Shown here piece by piece: positions 53,351-64,000 of a stretch of 64,000 nucleotides of DNA. The notes below the pieces were generated by a model, which ran no database searches, had not been told where the DNA came from, and worked only from the letters and a program-made list of their open reading frames with translations. Every line of letters begins with the position of its first letter. The stretch's first letter is position 1. Source of the stretch: Octopus sinensis. Its lineage: Eukaryota. Where the stretch lies: positions 51,398,001 through 51,462,000 of the forward strand of contig NC_043002.1 in the NCBI RefSeq assembly GCF_006345805.1. Reading direction: 5' to 3'. The translations under genes and the position numbers were made by a program.

Positions 53351-53472
53351 AGAGACTATTATCACGTATGTGTGTAGATATGTATATTATGTTGAGTGCA
53401 TATCGACAGTTACATGAGCTTGGATTTATTAGATTATATGACGAAGTATGCTGTTAACGATATATATATATA

Positions 53473-53510
<38 letters not shown>

Positions 53511-53539
53511 GTGTGTACATGTGCATATATATATATATA

Positions 53540-53798
53540 TTTGGTAAGAAGCTTACTTCCCACCACATGATTCCGGGTTCAGTCCCACGTCGTGGTACCT
53601 TCGGCAGGTGTTTTCTACTATAGCGTCGGCCAACCAAAGCCGCCAACCGAAGCCTTGTGTGTGTGTGTGTGTGTGTGTTTGTCCCTCCAACATCGCTTGA
53701 CAACCGATCTTTATGTGTTTACGTTCCCGTAACTTCGCGGTTCGGCAAATGAGACCGATAGAATAAGTACCAGGCTTACAAAAAGTCTACGGGTCGAT
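53540..53798 (+). mobile_element. CORE-like SINE family B (internally deleted)
   Basis: tggtaagaagctt..ccgggttcagtccca..gtggtaccttcggcaggtg. Confidence 0.8.
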
Positions 53799-53823
53799 AA
53801 TAATAATAATAATAATAATAATA

Positions 53824-53876
<53 letters not shown>

Positions 53877-54671
53877 GGACATAACAACAGGAGTCTTTCG
53901 ACTGGAGACGAATTGAATTCAGCTGGCGAGTGTGGAAATGAAGCCTTGCCGCAGAGGGAAGAATATCGATGTGGCAGTGACCACGGTCAGACGCAAAAGT
54001 GCTAGCAGTCTGGCCTATCGGTCACGTGAGAAGCGAAGAGAGAGAAAAAGAGGAACAAAAGAATTAAGGAGGTGGAGTGTTATTATTATTATCATTATTT
54101 TTTTAATTGTATTTTTGTATTTATATTTGTGTAACATCGTCTGTTTTTCCGTCCTTGTTTTCGTATACATTCGATGCTTTTTTCCAAGGAATCTAATCCT
54201 CTTAGCTTAGTTTTTCCTTGGGGCTGGCCAGATTGGAGCAATCTCAAGATTAATCAGCCGAAATTGCGAGGATGATCCAGTTCTTAACTGAGGATAAAAG
54301 GCTTCGAATGACCCGTCCTTGTTTTTTTGTATCGTCTATCTGGATGTTTTGTTGTCCCTTTTTGTATCACCTAGATATTTAGAGAGTTCTCCAGGAAAAT
54401 CTGTATCTTTCTCTGTCTGAAAAGGGAGAGAGAGGGAGAGATAAGGGTGTGATAGACAGACAGCTAGAGAAAATAACAGAAAATATATTCACACACATAG
54501 GAATGCATTTATTTCTACAATTAAAGTATATTTTTCCTTATGCATATATATATTTAAACAGTTTATTTCTCGTACTAATGTTTAGCTGTACATATTAGAT
54601 AATAAATAGTTTATTTTAATTTGGCATAAGTGCGAATTCTAGGTTTCTTGTTTTAAGAGAGAAAAATGTTA

Positions 54672-54887
54672 CCTCTTTTACTCTTTTACTTGTTTCAGTC
54701 ATTTGACTGCAGCCATGCTGGAGCACCGCCTTTAGTCAAGCAAATCGACCCTTGGACTCATTCTTTGTAAGCCTAGTACTTATTCTATCGGTCTCTTTTG
54801 CCGAACCGGTAATATACGGGAACGTAAACACACCAGCATCGGTTGTCAAGCGATGTTGAGGAGACAAACACAGACACACAAACTTAT

Positions 54888-54918
<31 letters not shown>

Positions 54919-55075
54919 CCACGGGCTTCTGTCGGTTTCCGTCTACCAAATCCACTCACAAGGCTTTGGTCGCCCCGAAGCTATAGTAGAAGACACTTGC
55001 CCAAGGTGCCACGCAGCGGACTGAACCTGGGACCATGTGGTTCGTAAGCAACCTATTTACCACACAGCCACTCCT
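54672..55075 (-). mobile_element. CORE-like SINE family B
   Basis: Near full-length copy. Confidence 0.9.
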
Positions 55076-55489
55076 AAATTTGTCCAGTTTTCAATCATCT
55101 TTGTGGAGACAGAGTTGAAGACACATGAATTAATGAATTAGTAAGCTGTAGATAAACAGTGGATAATATTAGATAAAATCTGATATCATTCATTGGGACT
55201 CTCTACGCTCACTCGTATGTAGAATCCTCTATATTTTCTTAGTTGACCTAGCTGCCGGAAATGGGTACCAGATTATCTGGAATTAATAATTGCAGTAATC
55301 TCGAGAAAATTTATCGTTCATCCGCTGAATGACAACAAACCGGATGTTACTAGCGGGGTTCAAACAGATCCTAAGACTTTAGAAACGTTTACGTTATGCT
55401 GTATGTATGTGTATGTGTGTACCTGTATATGTGTTTACATGTGTGTGCTTGTATATATGTCTACATGTGTGTGTATAGGCGCAGGCATG

Positions 55490-55855
55490 ACTCTTTACTC
55501 TTTTCTCTTTTACTTGTTTCAGTCATTTGACTGCGGCCATGCTGGAGCACCACCTTTAGTACTTATTCTATCGGTCTCTTTTTGCCGAACCGCTAAGTGA
55601 CGGGGACCTAAACACACCAGCATCAGTTGTCAAGCAATACTAGGGGGACAAACACAGACACACAAACACACACACACATATACATATATATACATATATA
55701 CGACAGGCTTCTTTCAGTTTCCGTCTACCAAATCCACTCACAAGGCATTGATCGGCCCGGGGCTATAGCAGAAGACACTTGCCCAAGATGCCACGCAGTG
55801 GGACTGAACCCGCAACCGTGTGGTTGGTTAGCAAGCTACTTACCACACAGCCACT
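55490..55855 (-). mobile_element. CORE-like SINE family B (small internal deletion)
   Basis: Shares diagnostic bases with 56535-56940. Confidence 0.9.
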
Positions 55856-56004
55856 GAAGCTTGCTTTCCATCCACATGGGTTCCCGATTCAGTCCCACTG
55901 CGTGTCATCTTAGCCAAGTGTTTCTACTACAGCCTCGAACCGACCAGAGCCTTATAAGTGAATGTGGTAGACCGAAACTGAGAGCTCTTCGTATATGCAT
56001 ATAT

Positions 56005-56061
<57 letters not shown>

Positions 56062-56189
56062 TGTGTGTGTGTGTCTGTGTGGTGTGTGTGTCTGTGTGCG
56101 CGTGCGCGCGGCGTGTCTTTTTGTTTGCGTTCCCCTTCCATCACTTGATAACCAGACATGCGGTAGGCAAAAGTGCCGCTAGAACAAGT

Positions 56190-56372
56190 AAAAAGGCGGC
56201 GAGCTGACAGAAACGTTAGCACGCTGAGGTCGACTTTGCCTTTCATCCTTTCGGGGACGATAAATTAAGTACCAGTTACTCACTGGGGTCGATGCAATCG
56301 ACTTAATCCCTTTATCTGTCCTTGTTTGTCCCCTCTATGTTTAGACCCTTGTGGGCAATAAAGAAATAAGAA
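56190..56372 (+). mobile_element. SINE family C
   Basis: aaggcggcgagctgacagaaacgttagcacg...gtcgactttgcctttcatcc...cactggggtcgat. Confidence 0.85.
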
Positions 56373-56534
56373 TAAGTATCAAGTTTTAAAAACAAACGGA
56401 TTGGGTTGATTCATTCGGCTAAAAATGCTTCAAGGTAGTGCCCCAACATGGCCACAGACTGATGATTGAAACAAATAAAAGATTAAAAAATTATATATGC
56501 ATGTATGTGAGTGTGCGTGCGCGCGCGAGTGTAT

Positions 56535-56940
56535 TACTCTTTTACTCTTTTACTTGTTTCAGTCATTTGACTGCGGCCATGCTGGAGCACCGCCTTTAGT
56601 CGGGCAAATCGACCCCAGAACTTATTCTTTGTAAGCCCAGTACTTATTCTATCGGTCTCTTTTGCCGAACCGCTAAGTGACGGGGACGTAAACACACCAG
56701 CATCGGTTGTCAAGCAATGCAAGGGGGACACAGACACACAAGCACACACGTACATATATATATATACATATATACGACAGGCTTCTTTCAGTTTCCGTCT
56801 ACCAAATCCACTCACAAGGCATTGGTCGGCCCGGGGCTATAGCAGAAGACACTTGCCCAAGATGCCACGCAGTGGGACTGAACCCGGAGCCATGTGGTTG
56901 GTTAGCAAGCTACTTACCACACAGCCACTCCTGCGCCTAT
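56535..56940 (-). mobile_element. Full-length CORE-like SINE family B
   Basis: Minus-strand head ggcgcaggagtggctgtgtggtaag...gggttcagtccc, core gtggcatcttgggcaagtgtctt, tail (gtaaaaga)n. Confidence 0.92.
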
Positions 56941-59838
56941 GTATTCGTTTTCTTGTTGTTTTTTTTGTTTCACAAATGAGAGTAAAAGCACTTTATCCAT
57001 ATTGTAGAGTGTAACTATTTAAAAAGAGCAAACCACAGTTTATATTTCACTCTTTCGTTACTCATTTTCGCAATCAGTACGTTTGTTAGGTTGGAATGTA
57101 ACGAAAATATTAAATTAACGCTCTGACAAGGTGCCTCACATCAATTCTAGTGACTATCTCAGCTCATGTGTGTTTTAAGTTTTGATCATGCCATGCGATT
57201 TGATAGAAGACTTCCACTCGAGTGATGAAATTTAACAGTCTGCTGAATTTTCCCTTTATTTCATATGATCCCGCAAAATGACGAATCCTTATAAAAAAAA
57301 TGTTCACTCTTTTCTGTTCAAGACACTTAATCTGGTAAGATTAATATTTTGTACTTTACTGCTGTACATGAATTGCATCTATACTTTCCGTTTATTAATG
57401 ACAATTGCTCCATTATAATAACATTGTTGACGACTCCTCTATCTTTAATTTTTCATATATTTGGGGGAGCTACTTTTGTTCCTATTATGAATAAGTGAAT
57501 ATGCTGTGAATATTGGATTTAAAAGGATTTTCTCAACCCTACATATGCCATTTCAATACTTTCGACTGTTTCTACATCAGATATACACTGACATATCTCA
57601 TGCATCTTCTATTGAAATGACAGTTTAGTGTGTTTCTGTTAGTGGCACACTAATTGTCGGGGTTGTATGATGTTTCTGGGATTTGCTTTAAAGTGAGGTA
57701 TTTGAGAGCCTATACCACCTAAATAGTATGTGTTATATTTCTAGGTACGTTTACGCTATTTGCGGGTTGGGGTTATATCAGATTATTTCTCTGTTTATGT
57801 TTAAAGCTTTTATGTGTTGGTTCTTTTAAATTTACTTCGTACGAAAGTTATATTATAGCGAAGGGAAGCTTTATTGAACATATATGTAAATTCATGAATG
57901 TAAATATCTGTCCGTGTGCTTTTGTTTGAGTGAGTGAGTGAGTGTGTGTGTGTGTGTGCACGCGCGTGTCTGTGTGCATGTGTGTATTAAGCATAAAAAT
58001 GGAGGCCTGTCCTCGATATTTAGAGACAGATCTGAAGAAGGCTAGAGAATGATGGCAACAGTTTGGTTTGAACTAAGTAAAACCAGATACCTTTCTCTTA
58101 ACATGAAACTTACAGTAGTTTGTCTCAAATAATGTACTATATAATTAAATACTAATTCTTAATATATTGAGTGCTTTATTTGGCTGCAAATATCAACAAA
58201 ATGCAGTACATTATGTGTGCGCATGTATGTATGTATCTTTCAATAGATTATTCTAGTGATGCAAATCGCCATTGAAAGGTTTCGGTCTAGACTGATTTTA
58301 TAAAATAAAACTTACAGTAATCTTTCTTCGGAGAAAGAATCTGTCAATATTCAGTATTTCGCTGGAAGCTTCCAGCCGATGTAAAGAATTAATTTGTAAT
58401 TATCAATAAAGCAGGTTTCATTTAAAAGCCAGTCAACTATGCTCAATGCTGGTACCTACAATGATATGGAAAATACTTATGTAAGCGCATTTAATTGTAT
58501 ATGGAATGAACGTACAAAAGTACATTTATAAAGCAGACAAAAAAAGTAGAAATCGAGACATTAGTCGTAGAAACTGAATTATCATTAGGATAAACAAAAG
58601 ATAAAACGAGTAAATTAAATGGATAGGTACACCAGGTTTGGGTTGTTGTTGAATAAATATAAAATAATTAGATAAATTTCATATCAAGCTATATATATAT
58701 ATATTTATAACAGACTTCCTTCAGCTTCCGTCCACCTGAACGTGGTTGTTCGGCATAGAACAATGTTACTGCTTGTTTTAACCCCAGGAGGACACCTTCT
58801 CCAGCTGGTTAATGATACAATATCTGTGTCCGATATATAAATAAACAAGCAACAAATTTGCGACTATTTTACTAGGTTAACCGATTGCCAGAGTTCCATT
58901 TATGAGTTAAATAGTTTTCCCAGAGCTAGAGGAGGATCTCGTAATTTTTGACAAAACTGTGAAGAAGGCAGCTCTTTTGGGAGAAGGATACGCTGACATA
59001 AAGCTTGCAGTCAAAATAATACCAGTTATTTTGCCATTCCTCGGCACTGGAACCTACTATGGCGTCCGAGAGAGTGATAAAAGAGTTGTGTAAGCTCTTA
59101 TCACTTAAATCCAATGATATATAGATGTCTGACAATCATTTCTGAATATGAGACGGTTATCATGTGACAAGATGACGCAATCATCATATGTGTATATTTA
59201 TATGTGGTTTATGCGACTGTGTGTACATATATATTTACTTGCATTTATGTGTGTATACGTAAATATATATATATGTGTGTGTCTGTGTGTGTGTGTGTGT
59301 GATGCACTCTCACATCTACTTTGATATATGAGTATTACAATCGTTCAATCGGCAGAACCTCCTACTTCTTCAACAGAACTGAATTATAATTTCTACTATT
59401 TTACAATAGCTCCTATCTGCAAGGATGAATATTACACTAATACTTGTTCACTTATGTAATCCATGCTTGCATGTATGTATGTAGACGTGTGTAGAAGTGC
59501 GGAACGCCTTAACAGAAAACCTAACTCTAATTTCATAAACCAGTAGCCCCTGTATCGTGGAGCATTCTATCTAAAGATTACATAAGTGGTATACAAGAAT
59601 TTATGAAATATTCAACTTCACAGATAGGAACTAATATAAAATGGAACATATATATATATATACATGTAAGTATGTATATATGCATATGTATATATACCTA
59701 CAAATATATATGTATGTATACCAAATGTTATATATATATATATACTTATATACATGTATATATATATGTGTGTGTACATAGTAATATATAAAATATATAC
59801 ATACTTACATGCATACATACACGCATATATGCAAATAT

Positions 59839-59892
<54 letters not shown>

Positions 59893-59894
<2 letters not shown>

Positions 59895-60610
59895 AATAAA
59901 AAATGGAGTTAACGCAGGTTTAAACAAGTATTTTTTCTTTCTACATATGTTTCAAAAATTCCACTGATACTTATTCAAAAGAATAAAAGGTATAAACAAT
60001 GCAATCTTCTCTTCGGGAAAAAACGAAACTTGTCAATACGACATTTTAGCAAAAAATGATGGATTCGTTATAGCGATAGACAGAACGCTATTAATATTGT
60101 TTAAAAAAACGTTATATGATATAACGTCATAAGTAGCTAACAGAAAGAGTAGGGATATTAATAGTGAATGTTAAATATAAAGGAAATTAAAGTCTAAACT
60201 ATATATAATGATAGAGACTACTTATATGCACTAAAAGTATGTTTTTGCCAATGCTTACATCTGTATGCTCGTTCTATAACCGTGTTTACTAGAGTATTTT
60301 TAGAAAAAATAATGAAAAATAGCTCAGAATTGCAGAGAAGACAGAATTTCTTGCCTTTGTCATATGATATCGAAATTGAGAGGATCAACCATTCCAAATT
60401 AAATTGCTCATTGTGGTCTTTTAAATTCCAAATCAGTTTGCTGAGACCGGTACTATTCCGTTTATTTCTATCCCTAAATGTTGAGTAATGGATAGAAATT
60501 CTCTTAGATAACTCTAACGATGTGCTTCCAATGTAAAATTGTACTTTATTACGAGTACTGATTATACACTGGTATATAGAATTTTTAATCTTAGAGTTAC
60601 TTGACATAAA
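59893..60610 (-). mobile_element. Penelope-like 3' fragment: GIY-YIG with C-terminal CxxC/CxH motifs and a 3' repeat ending at (TA)n
   Basis: SIYQC..FYIGST..KRISIH..TF..STGLSKLIWNLKD..FCLLCNSE..RCKH in ORF 60218..60607. Confidence 0.85.
59938..60020 (-). ncRNA. Hammerhead-like motif with a long stem II (U4C variant)
   Basis: Minus strand tttc-CCGAAGA-gaagatt...aattttt-GAAA-catatg-TA-gaaa; palindromic stem III ACATATGT. Confidence 0.55.
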
Positions 60611-60964
60611 TTTAATTCTATTGGGATTGACTTCAGATACAATAACCTTGTTATTAATATTTCTAGAGGGTTGGATGGTAGTAGCTAAATTAATGTTAGT
60701 ATTAGTAAATGTATTAATATTTAACAGTTTGTTATTATGAGAAGATATATATGAGGTGCATTCAAAAGTTCAGAATTAACTAATTAAGTTTTTGTTCGTT
60801 CTATGTTATAATTGGCGTTCCTCATGAATTTTCATTTTCGTGGTTTAGGTTTTAACTGGCCTTTCTAGCATGTAAGAAATCTTGTCAATGGTCTCCTTTT
60901 TGTGCATGAAAATATTTTATATACTCATATATATATATGAAATATATGTATATATGTATGTATG

Positions 60965-61680
60965 TCATTATTCAGTTTCATTTCAAGATTTCTTGCCAAT
61001 AGAGAAAGAATCAGTTTCTAACCTAGATCCAAGGCTCCTTCACTGGAATTTCAACATCAACAACAGGATATTTTGGCTTGTTTGTTTGTTTATATGCATG
61101 TATGTATGTACATGTGTATGTACGTGCAGATTTGTATGTTTTGTGCATGTATTCTCATGCATAGAGTTACATGTCTAGACATGCTCATATATATTTAAAT
61201 GATAAACTTCTGGAAAGTTTTACAGATTTTTACAGTTCCAGTAATGGATTGGATCTGTAGTCTTCGATTTAGCTTTCTCCTTTCTGGATTTGAGAAGCCT
61301 AATTTCTAAAGATTGGTATTTAGGCAGTGTGTTACATATCCCAGGTCCCCAATAATTACAGGTATAAACCTGAACTTGTAATCTGAATAGAGTAACTATA
61401 TATTTCTCAATAGTTCAGCGTAGGTGTTCTCTTTTTCATTGATTTTCAGCTTTATGTTAACATCCGCTGGGCAGCTAATTTCAACAACTATGCACAGTTT
61501 CTCTTCTCTATCCCAAATCTTTATATCGGGTCTGTTGTGCTTACATTTTATTGAGGTCTTCACTGGCACATTCCACCAATATTCCTTTTCATTATGGGAG
61601 GTAATAATCTGGCTATTTGTCCATGATAAACTGCTTTGATGATCGATGTTACTATCATCACGGAGCTTTCTACTAACATA
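60965..61680 (-). mobile_element. 3' end (restriction-like endonuclease) of the same LINE family as 36430-38762, between (TATG)n tracts
   Basis: EYWWNVPV..KHNRPDIKIWDREEKLCIVVEISCP..EKENTY..FIPVIIG; 61600-61680 aligns to 38614-38670. Confidence 0.88.
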
Positions 61681-62189
61681 TACATGAATGCATGCATGTA
61701 TGTATGTATGTATGTATGTATGTATGTATGTATGTATGTATGTATGTATGTATGTATGTATGTGTGTGTATGTATGTATGTATGTATGTATGTATGTATG
61801 TATGTATGTATGTATGTATGTATGTATGTATGTATGTATGTTTGTATGGAAGAATGTATGTAAAAATGTTACGTTTCAGAGGAATGCACGGAACCTGAAT
61901 TTTCGACTCGGGTTAAATATAATAAACTACACCAAATGCTTCTGAGAGTATCTGCGTAATCGAGTCACAACAGAATAGCTTGAACTGTCATCAAGTTGTG
62001 TAAGTTATAATAATGAAGTCAATATTTTGAAATGTATTACCGGACGAAGGTCTTGCGTAACGGATGTATTACCAATTATATATTATGCAATGCTCTGAAA
62101 CGTATGTATTAAATGCTTTCAAATATCATTATTTGGTTTCACTTCATTATTATAACTTTGCATGAGCATTTATGTTACTCTCTGCGTAT

Positions 62190-62248
62190 ATTCCACTGAT
62201 GAGGCAAAGCATTTCTAAATGCAAAGTCAGAAATCCGGGATCTGGAAT
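62190..62248 (+). ncRNA. Type I hammerhead ribozyme candidate
   Basis: attcca-CTGATGA-ggc-aaa-gcattt-ct-aaatgc-aaa-gtc-a-GAAA-tccggga-TC-tggaat; 6-bp stem I, stem III ATCC/GGAT, AUC site. Confidence 0.7.
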
Positions 62249-62479
62249 TATCCAGTAATTTTTTACTAGCTTTATTTTGTCTTTTTGTCTTCTCTCCTTG
62301 TGATGTATGGGCATTTAATGTGGTTTTAGAGTCAGATCTTGGCTGCTATTTTCAGCATGGCGGTATCTCTTAGGTTTTATTATAATTTTAATAATAATTA
62401 TTACCTTTGAAGGTTTTAGTTCCATGCTGGCCACTTGGTAAGATCGTTATTTACTTTAAATTAGCGATCTTGTCCTTAT

Positions 62480-62529
<50 letters not shown>

Positions 62530-62591
62530 GATTGATTGATTGATTGATTCTAGTTTCAGCTTATGAGCTGTGGCCATGCTGGGGCACCGCC

Positions 62592-62633
<42 letters not shown>

Positions 62634-63035
62634 TATATATATATACACGTGCGTACAATGTATATTCATTGTTTCATGTATGTCTCGATTTGTTTCCGTC
62701 TGTCACTTTGTTTAACTTCAAATATAGCTCTAAATTCGATCTAAGTCGATATAATCTCTTGAAATGCAACTAGCACTTTGACCAGCTTTCTCCAAAAAAA
62801 GAAAAAGAAAAGCAAAGAAAAGCATTTATATATTTGCCAAATATTTATCACTATAAAACTTCATTTCTCTATGCGTTATCATAATTCGTTGAGCAATTAG
62901 CAATATGAGTTTACAACCAAAATGATGAGCTTATAAAAATGACTTTTCAGCTTAGTTTGTGTTAACGATCAGAGTATATATATATATATATATATATAGT
63001 CGTTTTTTCGTAAACTTTCGCTATATATAGAGAGA

Positions 63036-63217
63036 GAAAGTTTACGAACAAAAACAAAAGACGAAGACAGGTGGTGTACAAAACAAACAGATGTATTAGT
63101 ATAACGCTCAGGAAAAGAAAAAGTATTTTACGTTTCGAGCCAACGCTCTTCTACAGAAAGGTAGACAGAAAAAAACAAAGAGAGAAACAAAGAGAGAAAA
63201 AAATGTGTGTGTAGTAG

Positions 63218-63220
<3 letters not shown>
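63036..63220 (-). mobile_element. Solo Penelope-type terminal repeat (family of 42441-42630) with an HHR-like motif at 63126-63159
   Basis: Aligns to 42445-42632; minus strand ttt-CTGTAGA-a-gagc-gttg-gctc-GAAA-cg-TA-aaa. Confidence 0.8.
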
Positions 63221-63258
<38 letters not shown>

Positions 63259-63689
63259 ATAGCTATATGTATGTATGTATGTAATATATATATACATACA
63301 CGAGAAATTTTGAAATATTGATCTCTTGGTAATTAGTATGTATTTTTGTATGTAACTTTGTAAGTAATTTTTATATACGTACGTGTAAGGAAATCACATT
63401 TTAATATCCGGGAAAAGAAAATATGTTTATTTTAATAAGTATGCCTTGATTAGTTTGTTTTCATATGTCACTTCGTTTGCGTTATATAGTGTAGTTTAAA
63501 ATTCGGTATAATTCATTATGACAATTGAAAGATACTGAGCACTTTGGTACACTTTGCACGAAAATTTAGTCCTATATTTGCGAAATAATGCATCATTATA
63601 TGTATATATGTGTACGTGTATGTATTTGTCTACATACACGCGAATGCAAGTATAAACGTCTATATACACACACACAATTTATATCAATG

Positions 63690-63778
63690 TGGAAGAAATA
63701 GTACTCGAATACCAAGAGTAGAGTAGTATGCTTTATTATTAAAGCTGCAAAATATTCACAGATATGTTACTCAGTGTC
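63690..63778 (-). mobile_element. Penelope-type tail related to 51088-51215
   Basis: Shares gaataccaa..gtagag...ttatt.aagc.g.aaaata and the ctgagtaaca HHR 3' half. Confidence 0.55.
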
Positions 63779-64000
63779 AATTTCTATCCATCTAACGTAA
63801 GGTTTTTTTTTTTCAATCCATTATATCTTTTTATTAATCTAAATATCCACCCATTATCAAATACTAACAGTATCGCCAGGCGTTGCTCGGGTTTGTTTCG
63901 AATCCTTTAGAATTAGATTTTTTGAAAAGTAAGAATTTTGCATTATGTAGCTTGTTATTCTCTTTAAGTGAACATTTTTCTGGTTGAAATATACCGAAAA

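Noticed and set aside
58926-59135. ORF containing WQNNWYYFDC
   Set aside because: Superficially lectin-like words only; the Cys pattern and splice context are unsupported
60020-60217. SECIS element downstream of the GIY-YIG ORF
   Set aside because: An ATGA-led hairpin is present on the minus strand but lacks the opposing GA and apical AA, and there is no in-frame TGA

Overview
Repeat-dense, AT-rich eukaryotic non-coding DNA, most consistent with an octopus/coleoid cephalopod genome. That assignment is inferred from the very dense TA/CA/TATG/GATA/TAA/CAT microsatellites and from tRNA-Arg-headed and CORE-like SINEs resembling the published octopus SINE families. No host protein-coding exon could be supported, and nearly all ORFs in the track are translated microsatellites. 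Real coding remnants all come from transposons: Penelope-like elements (RT and GIY-YIG), restriction-like-endonuclease (R4/Dong-type) LINEs, a Tx1/L1-type and an RTE-type LINE, and mariners; non-coding hAT and Tc2-like ends are also present. The most striking unexplained structure is a set of about a dozen type I hammerhead-ribozyme (HHR)-like motifs. Two short fold-back elements (23.0-23.26 kb and 23.99-24.18 kb) each carry one HHR-like motif per arm, i.e. one on each strand. Related fold-backs lie at 4.75, 51.1 and 52.8 kb. There is also a TSD-flanked, internally inverted two-piece 18S rRNA insertion. All folds were read by eye and repeat boundaries are approximate.
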